Shown here piece after piece: positions 1 to 13,039 of a stretch of 64,000 nt of DNA. The position numbers and the translations under genes are program-made. Location: contig OZ024744.1 of assembly GCA_964016885.1 (NCBI GenBank), positions 3,782,001-3,846,000 on the forward strand, read 5' to 3'. The DNA comes from Eledone cirrhosa. Its lineage: Eukaryota. Position 1 is the stretch's first letter. Each line of letters begins with the position of its first letter. The notes under the pieces are model-generated. The model worked only from the letters and a program-made list of their open reading frames with translations, was not told the origin of the DNA and did no database searches.

Positions 1-3000
1 TGAAGAACGAAGTTTCGACGGAAGTCAAGGTAGAGAAAGATAGCTTGGTGAAGAATGACGTTTTGTGGGAAGACAAGGTAGAGAAAGATAGCTTGGTGAA
101 GAATGAAGTTTTGTGTGAAGACAAGCTAGAGAAAGATAGCTTGGTGAAGAACGACGTTTTGTGGGAAGACAAGGTAGAGAAAGATAGCTTGGTGAAGAAC
201 GAAGTTTTGGGGGAAGACAAGGTAGAGAAAGATAGCTTGCGAAGAACGAAGTTTTGGGGGAAGACAAGGTAGAGAAAGATAGCTTGGTGAAGAACGAAGT
301 TTTGGGGGAAGACAAGGTAGAGAAAGATAGCTTGGTGAAGAACGACGTTTTGAGGGAAGACAAGTTAGAGAAAGATAGCTTGGTGAAGAATGACGTTTTG
401 TGGGAAGAAAAGGTAGAGAAAGATAGCTTGGTGAAGAACGAAGTTTTGTGTGAAGACAAGCTAGAGAAAGATAGCTTGGTGAAGAACGAAGTTTTGGGGG
501 AAGACAAGGTAGAGAAAGATAGATTGGTGAAGAACAAAGTTTTGATGGATGACAAGGTAGAGAAAGATGACTTGGTGAAGAACGAAGTTTTGGGGGAAGA
601 CAAGGTAGAGAAAGATAGCTTGGTGAAGAACGAAGTTTTGAGGGAAGACAAGGTAGAGAAAGATAGCTTGGTGAATAACGAAATTTTGGGAGAAGACAAT
701 GTAGAGAAAGATAGCTTGGTGAAGAACGAAGTTTTGGGGGAAGACAAGGTAGAGAAAGATAGCTTGGTGAAGAACGAAGTTTTGAGGGAAGACAAGGTAG
801 AGAAAGATAGCTTGGTGAAGAACGATGTTTTGAGGGAAGACAAGGTAGAGAAAGATAGCTTGGTGAAGAACGACGTTTTGAGGGAAGACAAGGTAGAGAA
901 AGATAGCTTGGTGAAGAACGACGTTTTGTGGGAAGACAAGGTAGAGAAAGATAGCTTGGTGAAGAACGAAGTTTTGGGGGAAGACAAGGTAGAGAAAGAT
1001 AGCTTGGTGAAGAACGAAGTTTTGGGGGAAGACAAGGTAGAGAAAGAGAGCTTGGTGAAGAACCACGTTTTGATGAAAGACAAGGTAGAGAAAGATAGCT
1101 TGGTGAAGAACGAAGTTTTGGGGAAGACAATGTAGAGAAAGATAGCTTGGTGAAGAACGAAGTTTTGGGGGAAGACAAGGTAGAGAAAGATAGCTTGGTG
1201 AAGAACGAAGTTCTGAGGGAAGACAAGGTAGAGAAAGATAGCTTGGTGAAGAACGAAGTTTTGGGAGAAGACAAGGTAGAGAAAGATATCTTGGTGAAGA
1301 ACGAAGTTTTGACGGAAGACAAGGTAGAGAAAGATAGCTTGGTGAAGAATGACGTTTTGTGGGAAGACAAGGTAGAGAAAGATAGCTTGGTGAAGAACGA
1401 AGTTTTGTGTGAAGACAAGGTAGAGAAAGATAGCTTGGTGAAGAACGAAGTTTTGGGGGAAGACAAGGCAGAGAAAGATAGATTGGTGAAGAACGAAGTT
1501 TTGAGGGATGACAAGGTAGAGAAAGATGACTTGGTGAAGAAAGAAGTTTTGGGGGAAGACAAGGTAGAGAAAGATAGCTTGCGAAGAACGAAGTTTTGGG
1601 GGAAGACAAGGTAGAGAAAGATAGCTTGGTGAAGAACGAAGTTTTGGGGGAAGACAAGGTAGAGAAAGATAGCTTGGTGAAGAACGACGTTTTGAGGGAA
1701 GACAAGTTAGAGAAAGATAGCTTGGTGAAGAATGACGTTTTGTGGGAAGACAAGGTAGAGAAAGATAGCTTGGTGAAGAACGAAGTTTTGTGTGAAGACA
1801 AGCTAGAGAAAGATAGCTTGGTGAAGAACGAAGTTTTGGGGGAAGACAAGGTAGAGAAAGATAGATTGGTGAAGAACAAAGTGTTGATGGATGACAAGGT
1901 AGAGAAAGATAGCTTGGTGAAGAACGAAGTTTTGGGAGAAGACAAGGTAGAGAAAGATAGCTTGGTGAAGAACGAAGTTTTGAGGGAAGACAAGGTAGAG
2001 AAAGATAGCTTGGTGAATAACGAAGTTTTGGGAGAAGACAAGGTAGAGAAAGATAGCTTGGTGAAGAACGAAGTTTTGGGGGAAGACAAGGTAGAGAAAG
2101 ATAGCTTGGTGAAGAACGAAGTTTTGAGGGAAGACAAGGTAGAGAAAGATAGCTTGGTGAAGAACGATGTTTTGAGGGAAGACAAGGTAGAGAAAGATAG
2201 CTTGGTGAAGAACGACGTTTTGAGGGAAGACAAGGTAGAGAAAGATAGCTTGGTGAAGAACGACGTTTTGTGGGAAGACAAGGTAGAGAAAGATAGCTTG
2301 GTGAAGAACGAAGTTTTGGGGGAAGACAAGGTAGAGAAAGATAGCTTGGTGAAGAACGAAGTTTTGGGGGAAGACAAGGTAGAGAAAGATAGCTTGGTGA
2401 AGAACGAAGTTCTGAGGGAAGACAAGGTAGAGAAAGATAGCTTGGTGAAGAACGAAGTTTTGGGAGAAGACAAGGTAGAGAAAGATATCTTGGTGAAGAA
2501 CGAAGTTTTGACGGAAGACAAGGTAGAGAAAGATAGCTTGGTGAAGAATGACGTTTTGTGGGAAGACAAGGTAGAGAAAGATAGCTTGGTGAAGAACGAA
2601 GTTTTGTGTGAAGACAAGGTAGAGAAAGATAGCTTGGTGAAGAACGAAGTTTTGGGGGAAGACAAGGCAGAGAAAGATAGATTGGTGAAGAACGAAGTTT
2701 TGAGGGATGACAAGGTAGAGAAAGATGACTTGGTGAAGAAAGAAGTTTTGGGGGAAGACAAGGTAGAGAAAGATAGCTTGCGAAGAACGAAGTTTTGGGG
2801 GAAGACAAGGTAGAGAAAGATAGCTTGGTGAAGAACGAAGTTTTGGGGGAAGACAAGGTAGAGAAAGATAGCTTGGTGAAGAACGACGTTTTGAGGGAAG
2901 ACAAGTTAGAGAAAGATAGCTTGGTGAAGAATGACGTTTTGTGGGAAGACAAGGTAGAGAAAGATAGCTTGGTGAAGAACGAAGTTTTGTGTGAAGACAA

Positions 3001-6000
3001 GCTAGAGAAAGATAGCTTGGTGAAGAACGAAGTTTTGGGGGAAGACAAGGTAGAGAAAGATAGATTGGTGAAGAACAAAGTGTTGATGGATGACAAGGTA
3101 GAGAAAGATAGCTTGGTGAAGAACGAAGTTTTGGGAGAAGACAAGGTAGAGAAAGATAGCTTGGTGAAGAACGAAGTTTTGAGGGAAGACAAGGTAGAGA
3201 AAGATAGCTTGGTGAATAACGAAGTTTTGGGAGAAGACAAGGTAGAGAAAGATAGCTTGGTGAAGAACGAAGTTTTGGGGGAAGACAAGGTAGAGAAAGA
3301 TAGCTTGGTGAAGAACGAAGTTTTGAGGGAAGACAAGGTAGAGAAAGATAGCTTGGTGAAGAACGATGTTTTGAGGGAAGACAAGGTAGAGAAAGATAGC
3401 TTGGTGAAGAACGACGTTTTGAGGGAAGACAAGGTAGAGAAAGATAGCTTGGTGAAGAACGACGTTTTGTGGGAAGACAAGGTAGAGAAAGATAGCTTGG
3501 TGAAGAACGAAGTTTTGGGGGAAGACAAGGTAGAGAAAGATAGCTTGGTGAAGAACGAAGTTTTGGGGGTAGACAAGGTAGAGAAAGAGAGCTTGGTGAA
3601 GAACGACGTTTTGATGAAAGACAAGGTAGAGAAAGATAGCTTGGTGAAGAACGAAGTTTTGGGGGAAGACAAGGTAGAGAAAGATAGCTTGGTGAAGAAC
3701 AAAGTTTTGGGGGAAGACAAGGTAGAGAAAGATAGCTTGGTGAAGAACGACGTTTTCAGGGAAGACAAGGTAGAGAAAGATAGCTTGGTGAAGAACGAAG
3801 TTTTGGGGGAAGACAAGGTAGAGAAAGATAGCTTGGTGAAGAACGAAGTTTTGGGGGAAGACAAGGTAGAGAAAGATAGCTTGGTGAAGAACGAAGTTCT
3901 GAGGGAAGACAAGGTAGAGAAAGATAGCTTGGTGAAGAACGAAGTTTTGGGAGGAGACAAGGTAGAGAAAGATATCTTGGTGAAGAACGAAGTTTTGACG
4001 GAAGACAAGGTAGAGAAAGATAGCTTGGTGAAGAATGACGTTTTGTGGGAAGACAAGGTAGAGAAAGATAGCTTGGTGAAGAACGAAGTTTTGTGTGGAG
4101 ACAAGCTAGAGAAAGATAGCTTGGTGAAGAACGAAGTTTTGGGGGAAGACAAGGTAGATAAAGATAGATTGGTGAAGAACAAAGTTTTGAGGGATGACAA
4201 GGTAGAGAAAGATGACTTGGTGAAGAACGAAGTTTTGGGGGAAGACAAGGTAGAGAAAGATAGCTTGGTGAAGAACGAAGTTTTGAGGGAAGACAAGGTA
4301 GAGAAAGATAGCTTGGTGAAGAACGATGTTTTGAGGGAAGACAAGGTAGAGAAAGATAGCTTGGTGAAGAACGACGTTTTGAGGGAAGACAAGGTAGAGA
4401 AAGATAGCTTGGTGAAGAACGACGTTTTATGGGAAGACAAGGTAGAGAAAGATAGCTTGGTGAAGAACGAAGTTTTGGGGGAAGACAAGGTAGAGAAAGA
4501 TAGCTTGGTGAAGAACGAAGTTTTGGGGGAAGACAAGGTAGAGAAAGAGAGCTTGGTGAAGAACGACGTTTTGATGAAAGACAAGGTAGAGAAAGATAGC
4601 TTGGTGAAGAATGACGTTTTGTGGGAAGACAAGGTAGAAAAAGATAGCTTGGTGAAGAACGAAGTTTTGGGGGAAGACAAGGCAGAGAAAGATAGATTGG
4701 TGAAGAACGAAGTTTTGAGGGATGACAAGGTAGAGAAAGATGACTTGGTGAAGAAAGAAGTTTTGGGGGAAGACAAGGTAGAGAATGATAGCTTGCGAAG
4801 AACGAAGTTTTGGGGGAAGACAAGGTAGAGAAAGATAGCTTGGTGAAGAACGAAGTTTTGGGGGAAGACAAGGTAGAGAAAGATAGCTTGGTGAAGAACG
4901 ACGTTTTGAGGGAAGACAAGTTAGAGAAAGATAGCTTGGTGAAGAATGACGTTTTGTGGGAAGACAAGGTAGAGAAAGATAGCTTGGTGAAGAACGAAGT
5001 TTTGTGTGAAGACAAGCTAGAGAAAGATAGCTTGGTGAAGAACGAAGTTTTGGGGGAAGACAAGGTAGAGAAAGATAGATTGGTGAAGAACAAAGTGTTG
5101 ATGGATGACAAGGTAGAGAAAGATAGCTTGGTGAAGAACGAAGTTTTGGGAGAAGACAAGGTAGAGAAAGATAGCTTGGTGAAGAACGAAGTTTTGAGGG
5201 AAGACAAGGTAGAGAAAGATAGCTTGGTGAATAACGAAGTTTTGGGAGAAGACAAGGTAGAGAAAGATAGCTTGGTGAAGAACGAAGTTTTGAGGGAAGA
5301 CAAGGTAGAGAAAGATAGCTTGGTGAAGAACGATGTTTTGAGGGAAGACAAGGTAGAGAAAGATAGCTTGGTGAAGAACGACGTTTTGAGGGAAGACAAG
5401 GTAGAGAAAGATAGCTTGGTGAAGAACGACGTTTTATGGGAAGACAAGGTAGAGAAAGATAGCTTGGTGAAGAACGAAGTTTTGGGGGAAGACAAGGTAG
5501 AGAAAGATAGCTTGGTGAAGAACGAAGTTTTGGGGGAAGACAAGGTAGAGAAAGAGAGCTTGGTGAAGAACGACGTTTTGATGAAAGACAAGGTAGAGAA
5601 AGATAGCTTGGTGAAGAATGACGTTTTGTGGGAAGACAAGGTAGAAAAAGATAGCTTGGTGAAGAACGAAGTTTTGTGTGAAGACAAGGTAGAGAAAGAT
5701 AGCTTGGTGAAGAACGAAGTTTTGGGGGAAGACAAGGCAGAGAAAGATAGCTTGGTGAAGAACGAAGTTTTGGGGGAAGACAAGGTAGAGAAAGATAGCT
5801 TGGTGAAGAACGAAGTTTTGAGGGAAGACAAGGTAGAGAAAGATAGCTTGGTGAATAACGAAGTTTTGAGGGATGACAAGGTAGAGAAAGATGACTTGGT
5901 GAAGAAAGAAGTTTTGGGGGAAGACAAGGTAGAGAATGATAGCTTGGTGAAGAACGAAGTTTTGGGGGAAGACAAGGTAGAGAAAGATAGCTTGGTGAAG

Positions 6001-8500
6001 AACGACGTTTTGAGGGAAGACAAGGTAGAGAAAGATAGCTTGGTGAAGAACGAAGTTCTGAGGGAAGACAAGGTAGAGAAAGATAGCTTGGTGAAGAACG
6101 AAGTTTTGGGAGAAAACAAGGTAGAGAAAGATATCTTGGTGAAGAACGAAGTTTCGACGGAAGTCAAGGTAGAGAAAGATAGCTTGGTGAAGAATGACGT
6201 TTTGTGGGAAGACAAGGTAGAGAAAGATAGCTTGGTGAAGAATGAAGTTTTGTGTGAAGACAAGCTAGAGAAAGATAGCTTGGTGAAGAACGACGTTTTG
6301 TGGGAAGACAAGGTAGAGAAAGATAGCTTGGTGAAGAACGAAGTTTTGGGGGAAGACAAGGTAGAGAAAGATAGCTTGCGAAGTACGAAGTTTTGGGGGA
6401 AGACAAGGTAGAGAAAGATAGCTTGGTGAAGAACGAAGTTTTGGGGGAAGACAAGGTAGAGAAAGATAGCTTGGTGAAGAACGACGTTTTGAGGGAAGAC
6501 AAGTTAGAGAAAGATAGCTTGGTGAAGAATGACGTTTTGTGGGAAGAAAAGGTAGAGAAAGATAGCTTGGTGAAGAACGAAGTTTTGTGTGAAGACAAGC
6601 TAGAGAAAGATAGCTTGGTGAAGAACGAAGTTTTGGGGGAAGACAAGGTAGAGAAAGATAGATTGGTGAAGAACAAAGTTTTGATGGATGACAAGGTAGA
6701 GAAAGATGACTTGGTGAAGAACGAAGTTTTGGGGGAAGACAAGGTAGAGAAAGATAGCTTGGTGAAGAACGAAGTTTTGAGGGAAGACAAGGTAGAGAAA
6801 GATAGCTTGGTGAATAACGAAATTTTGGGAGAAGACAATGTAGAGAAAGATAGCTTGGTGAAGAACGAAGTTTTGGGGGAAGACAAGGTAGAGAAAGATA
6901 GCTTGGTGAAGAACGAAGTTTTGAGGGAAGACAAGGTAGAGAAAGATAGCTTGGTGAAGAACGATGTTTTGAGGGAAGACAAGGTAGAGAAAGATAGCTT
7001 GGTGAAGAACGACGTTTTGAGGGAAGACAAGGTAGAGAAAGATAGCTTGGTGAAGAACGACGTTTTGTGGGAAGACAAGGTAGAGAAAGATAGCTTGGTG
7101 AAGAACGAAGTTTTGGGGGAAGACAAGGTAGAGAAAGATAGCTTGGTGAAGAACGAAGTTTTGGGGGAAGACAAGGTAGAGAAAGAGAGCTTGGTGAAGA
7201 ACGACGTTTTGATGAAAGACAAGGTAGAGAAAGATAGCTTGGTGAAGAACGAAGTTTTGGGGAAGACAATGTAGAGAAAGATAGCTTGGTGAAGAACGAA
7301 GTTTTGGGGGAAGACAAGGTAGAGAAAGATAGCTTGGTGAAGAACGAAGTTCTGAGGGAAGACAAGGTAGAGAAAGATAGCTTGGTGAAGAACGAAGTTT
7401 TGGGAGAAGACAAGGTAGAGAAAGATATCTTGGTGAAGAACGAAGTTTTGACGGAAGACAAGGTAGAGAAAGATAGCTTGGTGAAGAATGACGTTTTGTG
7501 GGAAGACAAGGTAGAGAAAGATAGCTTGGTGAAGAACGAAGTTTTGTGTGAAGACAAGGTAGAGAAAGATAGCTTGGTGAAGAACGAAGTTTTGGGGGAA
7601 GACAAGGCAGAGAAAGATAGATTGGTGAAGAACGAAGTTTTGAGGGATGACAAGGTAGAGAAAGATGACTTGGTGAAGAAAGAAGTTTTGGGGGAAGACA
7701 AGGTAGAGAAAGATAGCTTGCGAAGAACGAAGTTTTGGGGGAAGACAAGGTAGAGAAAGATAGCTTGGTGAAGAACGAAGTTTTGGGGGAAGACAAGGTA
7801 GAGAAAGATAGCTTGGTGAAGAACGACGTTTTGAGGGAAGACAAGTTAGAGAAAGATAGCTTGGTGAAGAATGACGTTTTGTGGGAAGACAAGGTAGAGA
7901 AAGATAGCTTGGTGAAGAACGAAGTTTTGTGTGAAGACAAGCTAGAGAAAGATAGCTTGGTGAAGAACGAAGTTTTGGGGGAAGACAAGGTAGAGAAAGA
8001 TAGATTGGTGAAGAACAAAGTGTTGATGGATGACAAGGTAGAGAAAGATAGCTTGGTGAAGAACGAAGTTTTGGGAGAAGACAAGGTAGAGAAAGATAGC
8101 TTGGTGAAGAACGAAGTTTTGAGGGAAGACAAGGTAGAGAAAGATAGCTTGGTGAATAACGAAGTTTTGGGAGAAGACAAGGTAGAGAAAGATAGCTTGG
8201 TGAAGAACGAAGTTTTGGGGGAAGACAAGGTAGAGAAAGATAGCTTGGTGAAGAACGAAGTTTTGAGGGAAGACAAGGTAGAGAAAGATAGCTTGGTGAA
8301 GAACGATGTTTTGAGGGAAGACAAGGTAGAGAAAGATAGCTTGGTGAAGAACGACGTTTTGAGGGAAGACAAGGTAGAGAAAGATAGCTTGGTGAAGAAC
8401 GACGTTTTGTGGGAAGACAAGGTAGAGAAAGATAGCTTGGTGAAGAACGAAGTTTTGGGGGAAGACAAGGTAGAGAAAGATAGCTTGGTGAAGAACGAAG
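1..8500. repeat. Duplicated block, offset 6,139 bp (about 1-2,380 vs about 6,140-8,500)
   Basis: Shared rare variants: TGGGAAGAAAAGG (WEEK) at about 401 and 6540, AATAACGAAATT (NNEI) at about 674 and 6813, TCGACGGAAGTC at about 15 and 6154. ORF starts at 254/6393, 1147/7286 and 1596/7735 all differ by 6139. Confidence 0.88.
240..1581. repeat. 28-monomer higher-order repeat unit (1,342 bp = 28 x 48 - 2), first full copy
   Basis: The ordered variant series between two TTGCGAAG markers (240 and 1582) recurs with the same 1,342-bp spacing at 6379-7720, 19907-21248 and 24272-25613. It recurs in rotated phase at about 25152-26493, 30187-31528, 38052-39393 and 42319-43660. This gives the recurring 293-aa plus 155-aa ORF pair. 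Confidence 0.93.
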
Positions 8501-9735
8501 TTTTGGGGGTAGACAAGGTAGAGAAAGAGAGCTTGGTGAAGAACGACGTTTTGATGAAAGACAAGGTAGAGAAAGATAGCTTGGTGAAGAACGAAGTTTT
8601 GGGGGAAGACAAGGTAGAGAAAGATAGCTTGGTGAAGAACAAAGTTTTGGGGGAAGACAAGGTAGAGAAAGATAGCTTGGTGAAGAACGACGTTTTCAGG
8701 GAAGACAAGGTAGAGAAAGATAGCTTGGTGAAGAACGAAGTTTTGGGGGAAGACAAGGTAGAGAAAGATAGCTTGGTGAAGAACGAAGTTTTGGGGGAAG
8801 ACAAGGTAGAGAAAGATAGCTTGGTGAAGAACGAAGTTCTGAGGGAAGACAAGGTAGAGAAAGATAGCTTGGTGAAGAACGAAGTTTTGGGAGGAGACAA
8901 GGTAGAGAAAGATATCTTGGTGAAGAACGAAGTTTTGACGGAAGACAAGGTAGAGAAAGATAGCTTGGTGAAGAATGACGTTTTGTGGGAAGACAAGGTA
9001 GAGAAAGATAGCTTGGTGAAGAACGAAGTTTTGTGTGGAGACAAGCTAGAGAAAGATAGCTTGGTGAAGAACGAAGTTTTGGGGGAAGACAAGGTAGATA
9101 AAGATAGATTGGTGAAGAACAAAGTTTTGAGGGATGACAAGGTAGAGAAAGATGACTTGGTGAAGAACGAAATTTTGGGGGAAGACAAGGTAGAGAAAGA
9201 TAGCTTGGTGAAGAACGAAGTTTTGAGGGAAGACAAGGTAGAGAAAGATAGCTTGGTGAAGAACGATGTTTTGAGGGAAGACAAGGTAGAGAAAGATAGC
9301 TTGGTGAAGAACGACGTTTTGAGGGAAGACAAGGTAGAGAAAGATAGCTTGGTGAAGAACGACGTTTTATGGGAAGACAAGGTAGAGAAAGATAGCTTGG
9401 TGAAGAACGAAGTTTTGGGGGAAGACAAGGTAGAGAAAGATAGCTTGGTGAAGAACGAAGTTTTGGGGGAAGACAAGGTAGAGAAAGAGAGCTTGGTGAA
9501 GAACGACGTTTTGATGAAAGACAAGGTAGAGAAAGATAGCTTGGTGAAGAATGACGTTTTGTGGGAAGACAAGGTAGAAAAAGATAGCTTGGTGAAGAAC
9601 GAAGTTTTGGGGGAAGACAAGGCAGAGAAAGATAGATTGGTGAAGAACGAAGTTTTGAGGGATGACAAGGTAGAGAAAGATGACTTGGTGAAGAAAGAAG
9701 TTTTGGGGGAAGACAAGGTAGAGAATGATAGCTTG
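2781..9735. repeat. Two near-identical 2,015-bp (42-monomer) units: 2781-4795 and 7721-9735
   Basis: The 677-aa ORFs at 2795 and 7735 match except for one V>I change near 9171. Both carry the GVD, DVF, GGD and CGD variants and the GAGAATGAT end monomer. Confidence 0.92.
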
Positions 9736-12700
9736 CGAAGAACGAAGTTTTGGGGGAAGACAAGGTAGAGAAAGATAGCTTGGTGAAGAACGAAGTTTTG
9801 GGGGAAGACAAGGTAGAGAAAGATAGCTTGGTGAAGAACGACGTTTTGAGGGAAGACAAGTTAGAGAAAGATAGCTTGGTGAAGAATGACGTTTTGTGGG
9901 AAGACAAGGTAGAGAAAGATAGCTTGGTGAAGAACGAAGTTTTGTGTGAAGACAAGCTAGAGAAAGATAGCTTGGTGAAGAACGAAGTTTTGGGGGAAGA
10001 CAAGGTAGAGAAAGATAGATTGGTGAAGAACAAAGTGTTGATGGATGACAAGGTAGAGAAAGATAGCTTGGTGAAGAACGAAGTTTTGGGAGAAGACAAG
10101 GTAGAGAAAGATAGCTTGGTGAAGAACGAAGTTTTGAGGGAAGACAAGGTAGAGAAAGATAGCTTGGTGAATAACGAAGTTTTGGGAGAAGACAAGGTAG
10201 AGAAAGATAGCTTGGTGAAGAACGAAGTTTTGGGGGAAGACAAGGTAGAGAAAGATAGCTTGGTGAAGAACGAAGTTTTGAGGGAAGACAAGGTAGAGAA
10301 AGATAGCTTGGTGAAGAACGATGTTTTGAGGGAAGACAAGGTAGAGAAAGATAGCTTGGTGAAGAACGACGTTTTGAGGGAAGACAAGGTAGAGAAAGAT
10401 AGCTTGGTGAAGAACGACGTTTTGTGGGAAGACAAGGTAGAGAAAGATAGCTTGGTGAAGAACGAAGTTTTGGGGGAAGACAAGGTAGAGAAAGATAGCT
10501 TGGTGAAGAACGAAGTTTTGGGGGTAGACAAGGTAGAGAAAGAGAGCTTGGTGAAGAACGACGTTTTGATGAAAGACAAGGTAGAGAAAGATAGCTTGGT
10601 GAAGAACGAAGTTTTGGGGGAAGACAAGGTAGAGAAAGATAGCTTGGTGAAGAACAAAGTTTTGGGGGAAGACAAGGTAGAGAAAGATAGCTTGGTGAAG
10701 AACGACGTTTTCAGGGAAGACAAGGTAGAGAAAGATAGCTTGGTGAAGAACGAAGTTTTGGGGGAAGACAAGGTAGAGAAAGATAGCTTGGTGAAGAACG
10801 AAGTTTTGGGGGAAGACAAGGTAGAGAAAGATAGCTTGGTGAAGAACGAAGTTCTGAGGGAAGACAAGGTAGAGAAAGATAGCTTAGTGAAGAACGAATT
10901 TTTGGGAGGAGACAAGGTAGAGAAAGATATCTTGGTGAAGAACGAAGTTTTGACGGAAGACAAGGTAGAGAAAGATAGCTTGGTGAAGAATGACGTTTTG
11001 TGGGAAGACAAGGTAGAGAAAGATAGCTTGGTGAAGAACGAAGTTTTGTGTGGAGACAAGCTAGAGAAAGATAGCTTGGTGAAGAACGAAGTTTTGGGGG
11101 AAGACAAGGTAGATAAAGATAGATTGGTGAAGAACAAAGTTTTGAGGGATGACAAGGTAGAGAAAGATGACTTGGTGAAGAACGAAGTTTTGGGGGAAGA
11201 CAAGGTAGAGAAAGATAGCTTGGTGAAGAACGAAGTTTTGAGGGGAGACAAGGTAGAGAAAGATAGCTTGGTGAATAACGAAGTTTTGGGAGAAGACAAG
11301 GTAGAGAAAGATAGCTTGGTGAAGAACGAAGTTTTGGGGGAAGACAAGGTAGAGAAAGATAGCTTGGTGAAGAACGAAGTTTTGAGGGAAGACAAGGTAG
11401 AGAAAGATAGCTTGGTGAAGAACGATGTTTTGAGGGAAGACAAGGTAGAGAAAGATAGCTTGGTGAAGAACGACGTTTTGAGGGAAGACAAGGTAGAGAA
11501 AGATAGCTTGGTGAAGAACGACGTTTTATGGGAAGACAAGGTAGAGAAAGATAGCTTGGTGAAGAACGAAGTTTTGGGGGAAGACAAGGTAGAGAAAGAT
11601 AGCTTGGTGAAGAACGAAGTTTTGGGGGAAGACAAGGTAGAGAAAGAGAGCTTGGTGAAGAACGACGTTTTGATGAAAGACAAGGTAGAGAAAGATAGCT
11701 TGGTGAAGAATGACGTTTTGTGGGAAGACAAGGTAGAAAAAGATAGCTTGGTGAAGAACGAAGTTTTGTGTGAAGACAAGGTAGAGAAAGATAGCTTGGT
11801 GAAGAACGAAGTTTTGGGGGAAGACAAGGTAGAGAAAGATAGCTTGGTGAAGAACGAAGTTTTGAGGGAAGACAAGGTAGAGAAAGATAGCTTGGTGAAT
11901 AACGAAGTTTTGAGGGATGACAAGGTAGAGAAAGATGACTTGGTGAAGAAAGAAGTTTTGGGGGAAGACAAGGTAGAGAAAGATAGCTTGGTGAAGAACG
12001 AAGTTTTGGGGGAAGACAAGGTAGAGAAAGATAGCTTGGTGAAGAACGAAGTTTTGAGGGAAGACAAGGTAGAGAAAGATAGCTTGGTGAAGAACGATGT
12101 TTTGAGGGAAGACAAGGTAGAGAAAGATAGCTTGGTGAAGAACGACGTTTTGAGGGAAGACAAGGTAGAGAAAGATAGCTTGGTGAAGAACGACGTTTTG
12201 TGGGAAGACAAGGTAGAGAAATATAGCTTGGTGAAGAACGAAGTTTTGGGGGAAGACAAGGTAGAGAAAGATAGCTTGGTGAAGAACGAAGTTTTGGGGG
12301 AAGACAAGGTAGAGAAAGAGAGCTTGGTGAAGAACGACGTTTTGATGAAAGACAAGGTAGAGAAAGATAGCTTGGTGAAGAACGAAGTTTTGGGGAAGAC
12401 AATGTAGAGAAAGATAGCTTGGTGAAGAACGAAGTTTTGGGGGAAGACAAGGTAGAGAAAGATAGCTTGGTGAAGAACGAAGTTCTGAGGGAAGACAAGG
12501 TAGAGAAAGATAGCTTGGTGAAGAACGAAGTTTTGGGAGAAGACAAGGTAGAGAAAGATATCTTGGTGAAGAACGAAGTTTTGACGGAAGACAAGGTAGA
12601 GAAAGATAGCTTGGTGAAGAATGACGTTTTGTGGGAAGACAAGGTAGAGAAAGATAGCTTGGTGAAGAACGAAGTTTTGTGTGAAGACAAGGTAGAGAAA

Positions 12701-13039
12701 GATAGCTTGGTGAAGAACGAAGTTTTGGGGGAAGACAAGGCAGAGAAAGATAGATTGGTGAAGAACGAAGTTTTGAGGGATGACAAGGTAGAGAAAGATG
12801 ACTTGGTGAAGAAAGAAGTTTTGGGGGAAGACAAGGTAGAGAAAGATAGCTTGCGAAGAACGAAGTTTTGGGGGAAGACAAGGTAGAGAAAGATAGCTTG
12901 GTGAAGAACGAAGTTTTGGGGGAAGACAAGGTAGAGAAAGATAGCTTGGTGAAGAACGACGTTTTGAGGGAAGACAAGTTAGAGAAAGATAGCTTGGTGA
13001 AGAATGACGTTTTGTGGGAAGACAAGGTAGAGAAAGATA

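Noticed and set aside
1120-1135. Programmed ribosomal frameshift or phase-variation G-tract
   Set aside because: Restoring the frame would need a -1 shift, but there is no canonical X XXY YYZ heptamer (Y = A/U) in frame with a downstream structure. G-tract length does not vary independently of the linked SNPs.
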